Origin: Candidatus Bipolaricaulota bacterium
GTDB taxonomy: Bacteria; Bipolaricaulota; Bipolaricaulia; RBG-16-55-9; DRXL01
DNA: 64,000 nucleotides
Direction: 5' to 3'
Assembly (NCBI GenBank): GCA_025061735.1
Contig: JANXAU010000004.1
Coordinates: 1,643-65,642, forward strand
The notes below the pieces were generated by a model, which worked only from the letters and a program-made list of their open reading frames with translations, was not told the DNA's origin and ran no database searches. Below, in pieces: positions 25,730 through 35,473 of the stretch. Within the stretch, counting starts at the first letter, position 1. Every line of letters begins with the position of its first letter. The translations under genes and the position numbers were made by a program.

Positions 25730-28012
25730 TCAACCTCCCGAAGAGGGGCGGAAGATGAGGGCCTTGACAATCTGTCCTAGCGCAATTCCCCCATCGTTGG
25801 GCGGGACTCTCTGGTGCCAATAGACGCGAAAGCCCGCTTCGCGCAGCCGAGCGATCGCGCGCTCGGTCAGATATTTATTCTGAAAGCAACCGCCGGTCAA
25901 CACGACTCGCTCTTCTCCCACACGCCGCGCTACTGCGACGATCATCTCGACTAGTGTATTGTGAAACTTCGCTGCTATCTTACCCACCGCGACGCCCGCG
26001 CGCACGTCGCCTATCAAAGAGCGCAGCATCGCCTCCCAATCGAGCAGCTCTTGTAAGAGATCAAACTCATAGGTCTCGTCTGTCTCGATGCTGCCCAGCG
26101 CAAACTCAAGCTCCATCGCGGCTTGGCCCTCAAAGCGACCGATCTGCCTCAGCCCAACTAGAGAAGCAACTGCGTCGAAGAGCCGCCCCGCGCTCGACGT
26201 CACGGGGCTGTTGAGATTCTTCTGCAACATCGCTAACAAGAGCTTCAGCTCGTTCTGGGAGAAGCTCTGAATTGGAGCAAGATCGGCACACTCGTCTGTG
26301 AGTGCATCCCCAAAGAGTTCATACAGCACGCCGAGTGCAGAACGTCGTGGCTCTTGGATCGCGCGCTCGCCTCCGGGAAGACGAAACGTCCGTAAATGAG
26401 CGACTCGCGTGAATGACTCTCTAGTTGCGCGCAGAAACTCCCCGCCCCAGATCGTGCCGTCCAGCCCATAGCCCGTGCCATCCCACGATACCCCCAGCAC
26501 TGAGCTATCTAGTTCGTTCTCCGCCATGCACGCCAGCACATGCGCGTAGTGATGCTGCACCCCGACCGTGCGTGGCTTGCGCCCCTGCGCGTACTGGGTC
26601 GAGAGGTAGTCCGGGTGCAGATCGTGAGCGATCACCGACGGCTGGGCGTCGTAGAGCCGTTCAAAGTCTTGGATGACTCTCTGGAACGCGCCGAACGCCT
26701 CGGCGGTCTCTAAATCCCCAATGTGTTGGCTGAGAAAAACGTTGGAGCCGACAGCGAGCGCGATGGTGTTCTTTAAGTGCGCGCCGACGGCAAGAACGGT
26801 TTTTGATTGGGAATCTTCGGTTTTTATGCGGATAGGAAGGGGAGCGAACCCGCGGGCGCGGCGCATTACCAGCTCGCGACCTCCAACTATTCTCACAATG
26901 GAGTCATCCACGTGTCGCGCAATAGGACGATTGTGCACGAGAAAGAGATCAGCGATCTTATTGAGTCTTTCGAGCGCTTCGTGTTCGTCGGTGCAGATGG
27001 GTTCGTCGGAGAGATTCCCGCTGGTGGCGACGACGGGGAAGCCCAGCTCCTTCATAAGCAAGTGATGGAGCGGCGTGTAGGGGAGCATGATGCCCAGATA
27101 GGGGTTGTGCGGGGCAACAGAAGAAGCAATCTGAACGCTCTTGCGTCGGCGCAGGAGCACGATCGGCGCCTCCGGCGACGTTAAGAGCCGCTCTTCTAGC
27201 GCAGAGACTTCGCAGTGGGCTCTGACAAGCTCTAGGGAAGGGTACAGGAGCGCAAACGGCTTCTCTTCTCGATGTTTGCGTCTTCTGAGTTCTTGCACGG
27301 CGTCGTCGTTGCGGGCGTCGCAGATCAGGTGAAATCCCCCCAAGCCCTTGACCGCGACGATTTGACCAGTGCGAATCGCTTCGGCAGTTTGACGCAAAGC
27401 GTTATCGTGCTGCGCGAGCACGTTGCCCTTGGAGTCCCATAGCTCTAGGTGCGGCCCGCACGTAGGGCAGGCGTTGGGCTGAGCGTGAAAGCGTCTATGG
27501 GTTGGGTCTTGGTACTCGGCTTGGCAATCAGAGCACATCGGGAATTTTTTCATGGTCGTGTTCGGACGATCGTAGGGCAGAGCTTCGATAATCGAGAAGC
27601 GCGGGCCGCAGTGAGTGCAGTTCGTAAACGGGTAGCGATAGCGCCGGTCGGTGGGATCAAAGATCTCGCGCAGACACTCGGGACACGTTGCAATATCGGG
27701 GAGGATGAACGCCGTCTTTTGCCCAGACTCTTCGCTGTGGCGAATCTCAAACGCGGGGTAGCCGACAGGGTCGAGCCATGAAGCTTCTAAGCTCTGAAGA
27801 AAAGCTCGTGGGGGCTTATCGCGCTCGAGCCTGCGCAAGAACTCTTCGAGCTGCTCTTTGGCCCCTTCGACTTCGATGAAGACCCCTTGAGCGGAATTGA
27901 GCACCCAGCCCGTCAGCTTCAGCTCCGTCGCCAGCCGATAGACAAACGGACGAAACCCCACCCCCTGCACCGCCCCATAGAGCACCAGACGCAAACGCTG
28001 CCGACCAGACAC
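25730..28012 (-). CDS. hypF: Carbamoyltransferase HypF
   Basis: It has an N-terminal acylphosphatase (VQGVGFRPFVYRLA), two CxxC zinc-finger pairs (CPECL...CTHCGPRF, CSDCQAEY...CPTCGP), a YrdC domain and a Kae1-like carbamoyltransferase domain. Length is 760 aa. Confidence 0.92.
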   Translation of the reverse strand: MSGRQRLRLVLYGAVQGVGFRPFVYRLATELKLTGWVLNSAQGVFIEVEGAKEQLEEFLRRLERDKPPRAFLQSLEASWLDPVGYPAFEIRHSEESGQKTAFILPDIATCPECLREIFDPTDRRYRYPFTNCTHCGPRFSIIEALPYDRPNTTMKKFPMCSDCQAEYQDPTHRRFHAQPNACPTCGPHLELWDSKGNVLAQHDNALRQTAEAIRTGQIVAVKGLGGFHLICDARNDDAVQELRRRKHREEKPFALLYPSLELVRAHCEVSALEERLLTSPEAPIVLLRRRKSVQIASSVAPHNPYLGIMLPYTPLHHLLMKELGFPVVATSGNLSDEPICTDEHEALERLNKIADLFLVHNRPIARHVDDSIVRIVGGRELVMRRARGFAPLPIRIKTEDSQSKTVLAVGAHLKNTIALAVGSNVFLSQHIGDLETAEAFGAFQRVIQDFERLYDAQPSVIAHDLHPDYLSTQYAQGRKPRTVGVQHHYAHVLACMAENELDSSVLGVSWDGTGYGLDGTIWGGEFLRATRESFTRVAHLRTFRLPGGERAIQEPRRSALGVLYELFGDALTDECADLAPIQSFSQNELKLLLAMLQKNLNSPVTSSAGRLFDAVASLVGLRQIGRFEGQAAMELEFALGSIETDETYEFDLLQELLDWEAMLRSLIGDVRAGVAVGKIAAKFHNTLVEMIVAVARRVGEERVVLTGGCFQNKYLTERAIARLREAGFRVYWHQRVPPNDGGIALGQIVKALIFRPSSGG

Positions 28013-28113
28013 ATCCTCAGTATACGCACTCGCCTAGAGGGGATTCAAACCTCCCCTAAGACAGAGAGCCTTGACAGCGCCGGACGTTCTCGCTCTAATA
28101 GAGGCGAGAAAGG

Positions 28114-29856
28114 ATGGTAGATATGACAGATCAAGCCGAACTAGAACGAAGACTAAGAGCGAAGGCGAACTTCGCCGAAGCGCCCACCGAGCCTAGCCCC
28201 CTGCGCCCCCTCGGCGAGGACGAGATCGGACGCCTCTGCATAGCAGAAGAGCTTTCTATCGCCACCGACGACCAGCAGACCCACATCGAAGTCTATCTGC
28301 CCGAAGATAAGCGCAACGAGATCGCGCTGGGGGATTACGTGGTCATCCCGCTGGGCTATAAAGACTACAAGATCTTTGCCAGCGTCGAGAAGCTCTGCTA
28401 TCGCAAGCGCGACGCGCTCGACGACATGAGCGAGGTGCACGTCTTGGTGAGCGCGGAGCGCCTCGGCGAAGACGACTACATCGAGACGGCAGTCCTCACC
28501 CCCATCTCGATGATCGGCCCGGAGCGCCAAGCCCTCGAGGTGCGCTACATCCCTAAGCCCAACACCATCGTGCGCAAGGTGGCCAGCGAAGATGAAGTCA
28601 AGATCGGCCTCGATATCCCCGACCAAGGACTCTTTCTGGGCTTTGTGGCCGTCAACGGCGAGCCGATCCAGACGCGCCAGCGCCAGTACGTCCCGTACTA
28701 TCTCATCAACGACGAGCAGAAGACCGGCGATCCCATGATCTTTACGCACGTGCTCATCGCGGGGATGAGCGGGCGCGGCAAGACCCATGTCGCCAAAAAT
28801 TTCCTAAGGCAGATCATCGGCTCGGTCTACCCCATGGAGCGGCGCGGCGGCGAGCAACGCAAACCGTGCCTCGTGATTATTGACCCGGAGAACGAGTACT
28901 GGAAGATGCGCGAAGACCCCCACATCGCCAAAGAAGATCGCGAGATGCTCTTTGGGCATGGGATCAAGTTCGGCGGCGTGAAAGACCAGCTCACGGTCTA
29001 TGCCGCCGTCGAGGGCGAAGCGCGCTACACCGGCTGCCCCAAATATACGAACTTCACCATTCCCTTCACGCTCGTGCGCGATTTCCCCTATCTCATCGCG
29101 GGCGGCGAGTTGGACGAGAATCAGTATCTCTCGCTGGTGCAGCTCGTGCGCGACTTCTTCGCCCAGCGCGAAGACGGCACCTACGAAGAGTTCCGTCGCT
29201 TTGTGGACGATCCCAAGACATTAGAAAAGTACAAAGAGTCTGGAAAGATCCATCCGGCGACGTTCCAAGCGCTCCAGCGCCGCGTGGATCGCGCCCACTT
29301 CGAGCGAATCTTTGATCAAGGAGCCAACCCCCTCACGCAGCTTTACAACGACATCTTCGCCGAAGACGTCGTCAGCGTCTTCGCGACCAAGCACTTGAGT
29401 CCCGACGCCGAGCGCATCGTCGTCTTGGCGATCCTCTCGATGATCGCCGATGCCAAACTCAAGAGCGCTCCCACCGACTGGGGCCGACGCATCGAGAAGT
29501 TCCCCATCGTCTTGGTTGTAGACGAGGCCCACCGCTACTTCACCAAAGACCAGACCGAGCAAGATCGCATCATCGTTGAAAAGTTCATCAAAGCTGCCAA
29601 ACAGGGGCGCAAGCATCGTCTGGCGCTGGTGCTGATCACCCAGAATCCTCAAGACGTCAACGAAGCGGTCCTCTCGCAGTTGAGCACGCGCGTCCTGCTG
29701 GGGATGGAGCGGGAGATGGCCGAGAAGGCCGGCGCCCCCGCGCGCTACCAGAAAGTGCTGCCGTACTTTGAGCGCGGGCGGATGGTCGTCCATGCCCCGG
29801 ACAACTCCAAGCCCCTCGAGCTGCGTGGACTAGACTTCTGTCTTGTGGGGCACTAG
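28114..29856 (+). CDS. HerA/FtsK-superfamily ATPase (DUF87-like) with an N-terminal HAS-barrel-like domain
   Basis: Walker A is LIAGMSGRGKTHVAKNF and Walker B is IVLVVDEAHRYF. A downstream LVLITQNPQD sensor region is present. The beta-rich N-terminal ~200 aa precede the P-loop as in HerA. A putative promoter TTGACA-17-TCTAAT lies at about 28068-28096. Confidence 0.7.
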   Translation: MVDMTDQAELERRLRAKANFAEAPTEPSPLRPLGEDEIGRLCIAEELSIATDDQQTHIEVYLPEDKRNEIALGDYVVIPLGYKDYKIFASVEKLCYRKRDALDDMSEVHVLVSAERLGEDDYIETAVLTPISMIGPERQALEVRYIPKPNTIVRKVASEDEVKIGLDIPDQGLFLGFVAVNGEPIQTRQRQYVPYYLINDEQKTGDPMIFTHVLIAGMSGRGKTHVAKNFLRQIIGSVYPMERRGGEQRKPCLVIIDPENEYWKMREDPHIAKEDREMLFGHGIKFGGVKDQLTVYAAVEGEARYTGCPKYTNFTIPFTLVRDFPYLIAGGELDENQYLSLVQLVRDFFAQREDGTYEEFRRFVDDPKTLEKYKESGKIHPATFQALQRRVDRAHFERIFDQGANPLTQLYNDIFAEDVVSVFATKHLSPDAERIVVLAILSMIADAKLKSAPTDWGRRIEKFPIVLVVDEAHRYFTKDQTEQDRIIVEKFIKAAKQGRKHRLALVLITQNPQDVNEAVLSQLSTRVLLGMEREMAEKAGAPARYQKVLPYFERGRMVVHAPDNSKPLELRGLDFCLVGH

Positions 29857-31055
29857 GGGTAGACGGCACGCCCCTTGACAAAGGTCATCACCGGCCAGCC
29901 TTGAACCCTCAAGCCCTCATAGGGCGACCAGCCGCACTTGCTCCGTACCGACTCGCGCGTGATCGTCCGCGCGATGTTCATGTCTATAACCGTGATATCG
30001 GCGTCCCGGCCGACGCTCAACTCGCCCGTGGGCAGTCCAAACCGCTTCGCGGGGTTGGCACAGCACACTTCGACCAGGCGCTTCAGAGAGAGCTTCTGAG
30101 CGTTCACAGCGTTGAGCAAGAGCACCAGCATAAATTCCACGCCGGGCACGCCCGCGGGTGCCCTCTCATATCCCACGCTCTTCTCTTCTTGCGTGTGCGG
30201 CGCGTGATCGGTCGCTACTATGTCTATTAAGCCCTCTGCCAAAGCCCACCAGAGAAATTCACGATCTTCTTCGGTCGCCAGCGGCGGGTTCATCTTCAGC
30301 CAGGCGCCCCGCTGCTCTCGATCCCGCTCGGTGAAGAAGAGATACTGAGGGCACGTCTCCAGCGTCACGTCTACTTTCGAGCGCTTGGCTTCTACAATCG
30401 CTTCGACGCCGCGGCGTGTCGTAACGTGCACAAGATGCAGCTTCGTCTCGTGGGCGGCTGCCAGATCGAGCACGTAATGGATATCATCGGCTTCGTGCCG
30501 CGTGACGGTCTTGGGAGGGCCGCCGCGCTGAGCGTGGACCGCTAAGAGCTTTCCCGTCTGCGCGATCCCCTTGAAAATCTCTCGGTGGAGCTTTCTGTCG
30601 GTGATCACAAGATTTCCCGTCGTCTCGCCCAGATAGAGCTTGAAGGCGTCCACGTCGCGCGCCAACTCTTCTAACCGCCCGATATTGTCGCGCGTGATGC
30701 CCCCGTAGATCTTGGCGTTGACGCGGGCGCTGGCGGCCCGCTCCCGATACGCGCGCACGATCTCGGGACGATCCAGGGGCGGATCGGTGTTGGGCATGGC
30801 GCAGACCGTCGTGACGCCACCAGAAACTGCTGCTCTTCCCAGAGAGGCCCAGTCTTCTTTATGAGATTGGTTGAGATCGCGCGCGTGGACGTGAACATCT
30901 ATCCCCCCCGGCAGAATCAATCTCCCCGAACAGTCTATCTGCTCATCGCCCGAGAGATTGCTCCCGATCGCGCGAATCTTCTCGTCAAACGCGATGTCGG
31001 TCTTGCGAAGCTGGCCATCAACGAAGACGGTGGCATTGCGGAGGATGGTCATCAA
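29853..31055 (-). CDS. Cyclic amidohydrolase of the dihydroorotase/allantoinase family (PyrC-like)
   Basis: The metal-binding pattern is DVHVHARD...(K)...HLVHVTT...DHAPH with a terminal Asp, typical of dihydroorotase and related amidohydrolases. Length is 400 aa. Confidence 0.75.
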   Translation of the reverse strand: MMTILRNATVFVDGQLRKTDIAFDEKIRAIGSNLSGDEQIDCSGRLILPGGIDVHVHARDLNQSHKEDWASLGRAAVSGGVTTVCAMPNTDPPLDRPEIVRAYRERAASARVNAKIYGGITRDNIGRLEELARDVDAFKLYLGETTGNLVITDRKLHREIFKGIAQTGKLLAVHAQRGGPPKTVTRHEADDIHYVLDLAAAHETKLHLVHVTTRRGVEAIVEAKRSKVDVTLETCPQYLFFTERDREQRGAWLKMNPPLATEEDREFLWWALAEGLIDIVATDHAPHTQEEKSVGYERAPAGVPGVEFMLVLLLNAVNAQKLSLKRLVEVCCANPAKRFGLPTGELSVGRDADITVIDMNIARTITRESVRSKCGWSPYEGLRVQGWPVMTFVKGRAVYP

Positions 31056-32620
31056 GGGGATTTTTGAGCTAAGGAGAGAAAGTATTGGCGTACGGTCGCG
31101 CGCAGCTCCGTCGGCACGGCAAGCGCGTCCAAGAGCGCTTCGACCTTCTGATAATCTATCTGCGTCGGTCTTTGGCGCGGGAGCACTTGGGAGTGATCGG
31201 GCATCGCGGTCTGGAAGATCTCAAAGAGCACGTGAAGCTGCTCTTCTTGAACCCCTTTTACAGGGATCTGGCGAATCCGTTCTTGTAATTCAGAGAGATC
31301 GGGGAGGTCGCGTTCGGCCTGCGGGTCGAGAGGGGCTGTGCCCTTCGCGCCCGAGGGCTGGGAGTTCCCGTCGGGATGGCGCGGGCCTTCGCCCTCGCCC
31401 GCTATGGGGGCCTTGCCCGAGCTAAGTTCGTTGGCCGATTCGGATTGGCTCTGCCCAGAACGCTCGTCGGCGGGATGGTGGCCGGAGCGCGAGGCCAGCG
31501 CGTCTTGCAGCTCGCGCTGCAAGTCTGACAGCTGCTGCTGAAGCGCTCTCTGCTCTTCTAATTGCTTGATCGCCTCTTCGAGTTGACGGCTGAACTCCTC
31601 TGGGGTCTGCATCGAGTCTGTCAGCCCTTCTATAAGCGAGAACGCTTGTGGGTTTTGCGAGCGTAGGTCTTGGAGCAGTTTGGTCAGCTCTTCGGGAGAG
31701 AGCGCGCGGGCTTGGGCTTGGACGGCTTGCAGGTCGCGTAAGAGCTGATCGAGTTTATCTTCGCCGGAGCCTTGGTGGCGGGAGCCGAGGGGGCCACCGG
31801 GTTCATCGGTGGGTTTCAGATCGGGGGCTTGCTCGCGGCTTCGGAATGACGAATCCGGCGGGGAGTTTGCCGTCGGAGGTGCAGGCACGAGGCGATCTTG
31901 GGCCTCGCTGATCTCGGCTTGCAATTGCTGAAGCGCAGCTTGAGCGCGCGGGTCGTCGGGATTTTGAGTGAGGGCCGCGCGAGCCTCGTTCAACCGTTGG
32001 CGCCATTCCTCCAGCTTGGCGACTAGCACCGCCCCTGACTGGGGCAGCGGAGAGCGAGCCTCAACACCGGGCTTTTGAGGCGCTGGATCGTTGGTCTCAG
32101 CCATCGTCGCAGGGCGAGAGGCCAACAGCCCTTCGTAGTTCGTCAGCGCCAGACAGACCAGACCCAGCGCAAAGACGCCCACCCACCGACCGTATGTTTG
32201 GTGCTCCAGCGCGCGATCAAACGCAGCGGGCTGGCGCTCGATCATGCGCTCCCACTGGGCTTCCAAGAGCGATGCAAACGCCGATTTCTCGGCTTTGAGT
32301 TCATAGAGCGTGATGAGCCTCTCTCCCCATCCGATGCGCCGGTCGGCCCCATAGAGCAAGCGGGCCATATCTAGACGATAGAACCAGCCCAACGAGAACG
32401 CCCCAAGGGCTACCAGCAAATTGGCGCTCAACCAGACCCACCAGGGCAGCAGTCGTCCCGTAAAGATCTCTAGCCCCAGCCCTGCCATCGTTGCGCTCAA
32501 GCTGACCAGAAGCGCAAGACTGCTCGTGCGCGCGGCTCGCGCAAGGCGCGCCCGCCTCTCTAGGCGTCCAATCCAACGCTCAAAGCGATTCATCGAAGGA
32601 GAGTATAACAAAACAGCCAA
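31052..32620 (-). CDS. Hypothetical membrane protein with N-terminal transmembrane helices and a long Gln/Leu-rich coiled-coil
   Basis: Two to three N-terminal transmembrane helices are followed by about 300 aa rich in Q/L/E heptads (LQQLQAEISEAQDRL, LEEQRALQQQLSDLQRELQ). It overlaps the downstream amidohydrolase gene by 4 nt. Confidence 0.5.
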   Translation of the reverse strand: MAVLLYSPSMNRFERWIGRLERRARLARAARTSSLALLVSLSATMAGLGLEIFTGRLLPWWVWLSANLLVALGAFSLGWFYRLDMARLLYGADRRIGWGERLITLYELKAEKSAFASLLEAQWERMIERQPAAFDRALEHQTYGRWVGVFALGLVCLALTNYEGLLASRPATMAETNDPAPQKPGVEARSPLPQSGAVLVAKLEEWRQRLNEARAALTQNPDDPRAQAALQQLQAEISEAQDRLVPAPPTANSPPDSSFRSREQAPDLKPTDEPGGPLGSRHQGSGEDKLDQLLRDLQAVQAQARALSPEELTKLLQDLRSQNPQAFSLIEGLTDSMQTPEEFSRQLEEAIKQLEEQRALQQQLSDLQRELQDALASRSGHHPADERSGQSQSESANELSSGKAPIAGEGEGPRHPDGNSQPSGAKGTAPLDPQAERDLPDLSELQERIRQIPVKGVQEEQLHVLFEIFQTAMPDHSQVLPRQRPTQIDYQKVEALLDALAVPTELRATVRQYFLSLAQKSP

Positions 32621-32642
32621 AAGCCCGTCAAGCCTTCTGATG

Positions 32643-33302
32643 CTATTCAGCGCTGGGCGTGAACCTAGAAGCCCAAAGATGGAGCGCTGCTAAGATGAGC
32701 GCAAGCCCCCCATACCCAAACGCAAGAAAGAAGCCCTGACCGTGCAGAGGGCTTTCGCTGAACCAGAGCGAGAGCATCAGAAACGGATTGAGAGGATGCA
32801 GCACGAAGAACGTCACAAGGAGCACTACAGCTACCAGAGCGTATTTGATATTAAACTGAACGATCTCCGAGGGCCAGCGCCGCGCAATCAACCAGCCCGC
32901 ATAGGCCCAGCACCATCCCTGACCTAACAGATAGATCAAGGCGAAGAGCAGACGCTCCACCGCTAGCGCCGTCAAGCCCTGATAGACCGCCCAGTAGGGC
33001 AGCGAGATCACCCCCAAGAACGTCACCGGCGGTAGCAGCGCTATCGCCGACGAAGAGGCCGATTTTCCATAAGCTACCCCCATGTTCAGCGCGTATAGAA
33101 TAAACAATAAAATAGCGAAGGCGCTGAAGAGGCTGAGAAAATTGATTCTGGGTTCAAGGAGATCGTCAATGCGACTAGGAGCGGGCAAGGCCAGCACCAA
33201 CGGCACGCCCGTCAGCACCAGATACCCCAGCCACCATCCGGGTGTCACAAGCAGAGCGCTCTCGCCCCAAGAGGCTCGAATCTTCTCTCGCCAGGCCCTC
33301 AC
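32643..33302 (-). CDS. Hypothetical polytopic membrane protein
   Basis: Six to seven hydrophobic helices are present. The start was placed at a GTG (VRAWREKI...) overlapping the stop of the upstream gene. The ORF-track version (to 33479) would overlap the upstream gene by 180 nt. Confidence 0.45.
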   Translation of the reverse strand: MRAWREKIRASWGESALLVTPGWWLGYLVLTGVPLVLALPAPSRIDDLLEPRINFLSLFSAFAILLFILYALNMGVAYGKSASSSAIALLPPVTFLGVISLPYWAVYQGLTALAVERLLFALIYLLGQGWCWAYAGWLIARRWPSEIVQFNIKYALVAVVLLVTFFVLHPLNPFLMLSLWFSESPLHGQGFFLAFGYGGLALILAALHLWASRFTPSAE

Positions 33303-35017
33303 GGTTCTCTCTCCCTCCCTGCGAATACCACTAAATTTCGCGCGCGACGCAGCTCGGCATCGCGCTCCCCCCACAGAGACGATCCCCCGCTGCGCCACGC
33401 CACCAGCGCCACCGGAGGAAGCTGCCCCCGCACGTGATACCAGAGCGCTTGTGCCGCTTCGTCCAGATCGCGCGCCCACTCCTCTTCGCTAGAGGCCTCT
33501 ATCAACGCGATCTCGGCGTCGCTTTGAGCCGCAACCTCCCCAAGCCTATAGAACGCCCCACGCCAGCGCACCGCCACGCGCTCCAAGCTCTCCGATGATC
33601 TGTTAGAGACAAAGACCTTGGGAGGAGAGCCGGAAGCGTCCACCAAGAACTCCATCTGTGCAGGGGAGAAGCGCTCGGCCTTGAACGAACGCAAGGAGAG
33701 CGACTCGCCGTAAAAACGCACTGTCTTCTCGGAGATCTGAGAGTCAAGGTTCACGCTCAAAGCGCGCGGCGTCTGGCCAGTGCGCGTTAGGTTCTTCACG
33801 GCGTCACTCCTCACGGTGAGCTGCTGCTCCCCCGCACGCCGCGAGAAGATCGCATACCAGCTTTGCTCTAGACCGAACCGTTCGCCGCTCCACCCCCACA
33901 GCACGCTCAGCTCCAAGCTATAATACTGACGGATGAAATCCGGCTGGCGCAAATACCCCCCCAGCACGAGCGCCAGAGAGAACGCCCAAGCGACCGTCAA
34001 GGGAAGCCCTAGCTGGGGCTTCTGTCGCTGCCATGCGTTCAGAGCCGCAACCCCAAGGACAAAGACAACCAACAGAGAGACGAGCCATAGCCGCGAAGGC
34101 ACAGGAACTATCTCCCGGCCCAACGCTCGCTCCACCAAGAGCGCTTCGTCTACACGACCGCTCTCGCGTTTAGGGAGCCTCTCCCACTGACCGGGAGCTT
34201 CTGTAGCGCTCAGCCACACCCGCCCCAAGCCCAACGGGCGCTCCCACCACAAGGGACGTCCAAGCGAATCCCTCGCGATGACCCGCGCCCCCACTCGCAA
34301 CTCCCCGTCGAGCCGTAGCTCCCCTGCGTCCTCTAAGATCTGCAGACGTCTCAACGGAAGGAGCGCAGCCCACCAGCCCTGGGGCGTCTCAGGCGACACC
34401 GAGAGATCCCCTAATCCCAGATGTTCCAGCGCGTAGCTCCCTCCCAAGATGACCAGCTCGCCCCCGCGCAAGACCCATTGATAGAGCGCCGTGCGCTGCT
34501 CGTCGCTCAGGCGAGCCGGGTCGAGCCGCCCCCAGTAGAGACGCTGCACGCTCTCGTAGCTTGTCCAGCGCTGAGGAAGCTTGTCAAACGGGTAGGGTTC
34601 GGCACCGGGGACGTCGGGTGCTTCCAGAGCCAAGACCAAGGGCTGATCGCTCCAGCGCTCGCGCAGCTCAATCTCGGTGCGGATCAGCTCGTGGCCGTCC
34701 GCGCGCAGCAAGCGCACGTGAACGGGGACGCTGACCCCTCGGACAAGAAAGTCCAGCGCGAGCGTCTTGCGCGTGCGCGGCGGCAGAGCTACCGAGACCA
34801 AAACCCGCTCTACAGCCTCGCCCGCTCGCAGCTCTTGCGTCACCTCTAAAAGCGCGTTGAGCGCCGTGTTTCCGTTGCCGATCGTCACCGATAGCGGCGT
34901 GAGCGTCTCGGGAAGATAGCGACCGTTGAACCCAAATTCGAGCGCCTCCAAACGCAGTTGGGCCGCTACTGGCCAGCCCCATAGACAGATCAACCAGAGC
35001 GCTAGCGATCTACGCAT
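33299..35017 (-). CDS. Hypothetical secreted/membrane-anchored protein (572 aa)
   Basis: It has a signal peptide (MRRSLALWLICLWGWPVAAQ) and an internal transmembrane helix (LWLVSLLVVFVLGVAALNAW). No recognised catalytic motif was found. It overlaps the VKOR gene by 8 nt. Confidence 0.5.
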   Translation of the reverse strand: MRRSLALWLICLWGWPVAAQLRLEALEFGFNGRYLPETLTPLSVTIGNGNTALNALLEVTQELRAGEAVERVLVSVALPPRTRKTLALDFLVRGVSVPVHVRLLRADGHELIRTEIELRERWSDQPLVLALEAPDVPGAEPYPFDKLPQRWTSYESVQRLYWGRLDPARLSDEQRTALYQWVLRGGELVILGGSYALEHLGLGDLSVSPETPQGWWAALLPLRRLQILEDAGELRLDGELRVGARVIARDSLGRPLWWERPLGLGRVWLSATEAPGQWERLPKRESGRVDEALLVERALGREIVPVPSRLWLVSLLVVFVLGVAALNAWQRQKPQLGLPLTVAWAFSLALVLGGYLRQPDFIRQYYSLELSVLWGWSGERFGLEQSWYAIFSRRAGEQQLTVRSDAVKNLTRTGQTPRALSVNLDSQISEKTVRFYGESLSLRSFKAERFSPAQMEFLVDASGSPPKVFVSNRSSESLERVAVRWRGAFYRLGEVAAQSDAEIALIEASSEEEWARDLDEAAQALWYHVRGQLPPVALVAWRSGGSSLWGERDAELRRARNLVVFAGREREP

Positions 35018-35468
35018 CGGAGGCGTCCGGCGCGGAGCAAGACGCCGTGAGCACGCGCAACTCCCACACGCTCAGCACAAAGATTAGCGTGACGATCAGG
35101 GCAGAGACGACGCACCACAAGCAGAACGCGCCGATGACAAACCGTTGCAGATAACTGAGATAGAGCGAATAGAGAAAAGCGCCGAGCGCGAGGCCAAAAT
35201 TCAGCCCCGCCAGCGTCTTACGGCGCTCGCCGGAGGCCTTCAGTTGCAACGCCGTGACGAGCACGAAGAGCAGATAGCCCCCCAACCCCAGCAGAGCCAC
35301 CGGGATCGGGCCGATGTAGGCGTAGATGCTCGTCTGCACTACCTCACAGGGGTTGCCCTCGCCCAAACAGAGAAGCTCTGTGTTGGTGAGCTTGGAGTAC
35401 GTCAAATACCCCGAGACGCCGACCCCGGCCAACGCCAAGCAGAGAATCACCCAGAGACGCCATTTCAT
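35010..35468 (-). CDS. Vitamin K epoxide reductase (VKOR) family membrane protein
   Basis: Hydrophobic helices are present, with the loop cysteines CLGEGNPC and the active-site CLWC (CxxC) in the last helix. The start was placed at MKWRLWVILCL. The ORF-track N-terminal extension is not membrane-like. Confidence 0.75.
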   Translation of the reverse strand: MKWRLWVILCLALAGVGVSGYLTYSKLTNTELLCLGEGNPCEVVQTSIYAYIGPIPVALLGLGGYLLFVLVTALQLKASGERRKTLAGLNFGLALGAFLYSLYLSYLQRFVIGAFCLWCVVSALIVTLIFVLSVWELRVLTASCSAPDASDA

Positions 35469-35473
35469 TTTTT

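Noticed and set aside
28020-28065. AGGGGATTCAAACCTCCCCT hairpin resembling a tRNA T-arm in the hypF/HerA intergenic region
   Set aside because: No acceptor stem, D-arm or anticodon arm could be built around it on either strand. It is probably just a promoter-region hairpin.
33303-33479. N-terminal 59 codons of ORF 32643-33479
   Set aside because: They would overlap the upstream 572-aa gene by 180 nt in another frame. The start was moved to the GTG at about 33302, which creates a typical 4-nt operon overlap.
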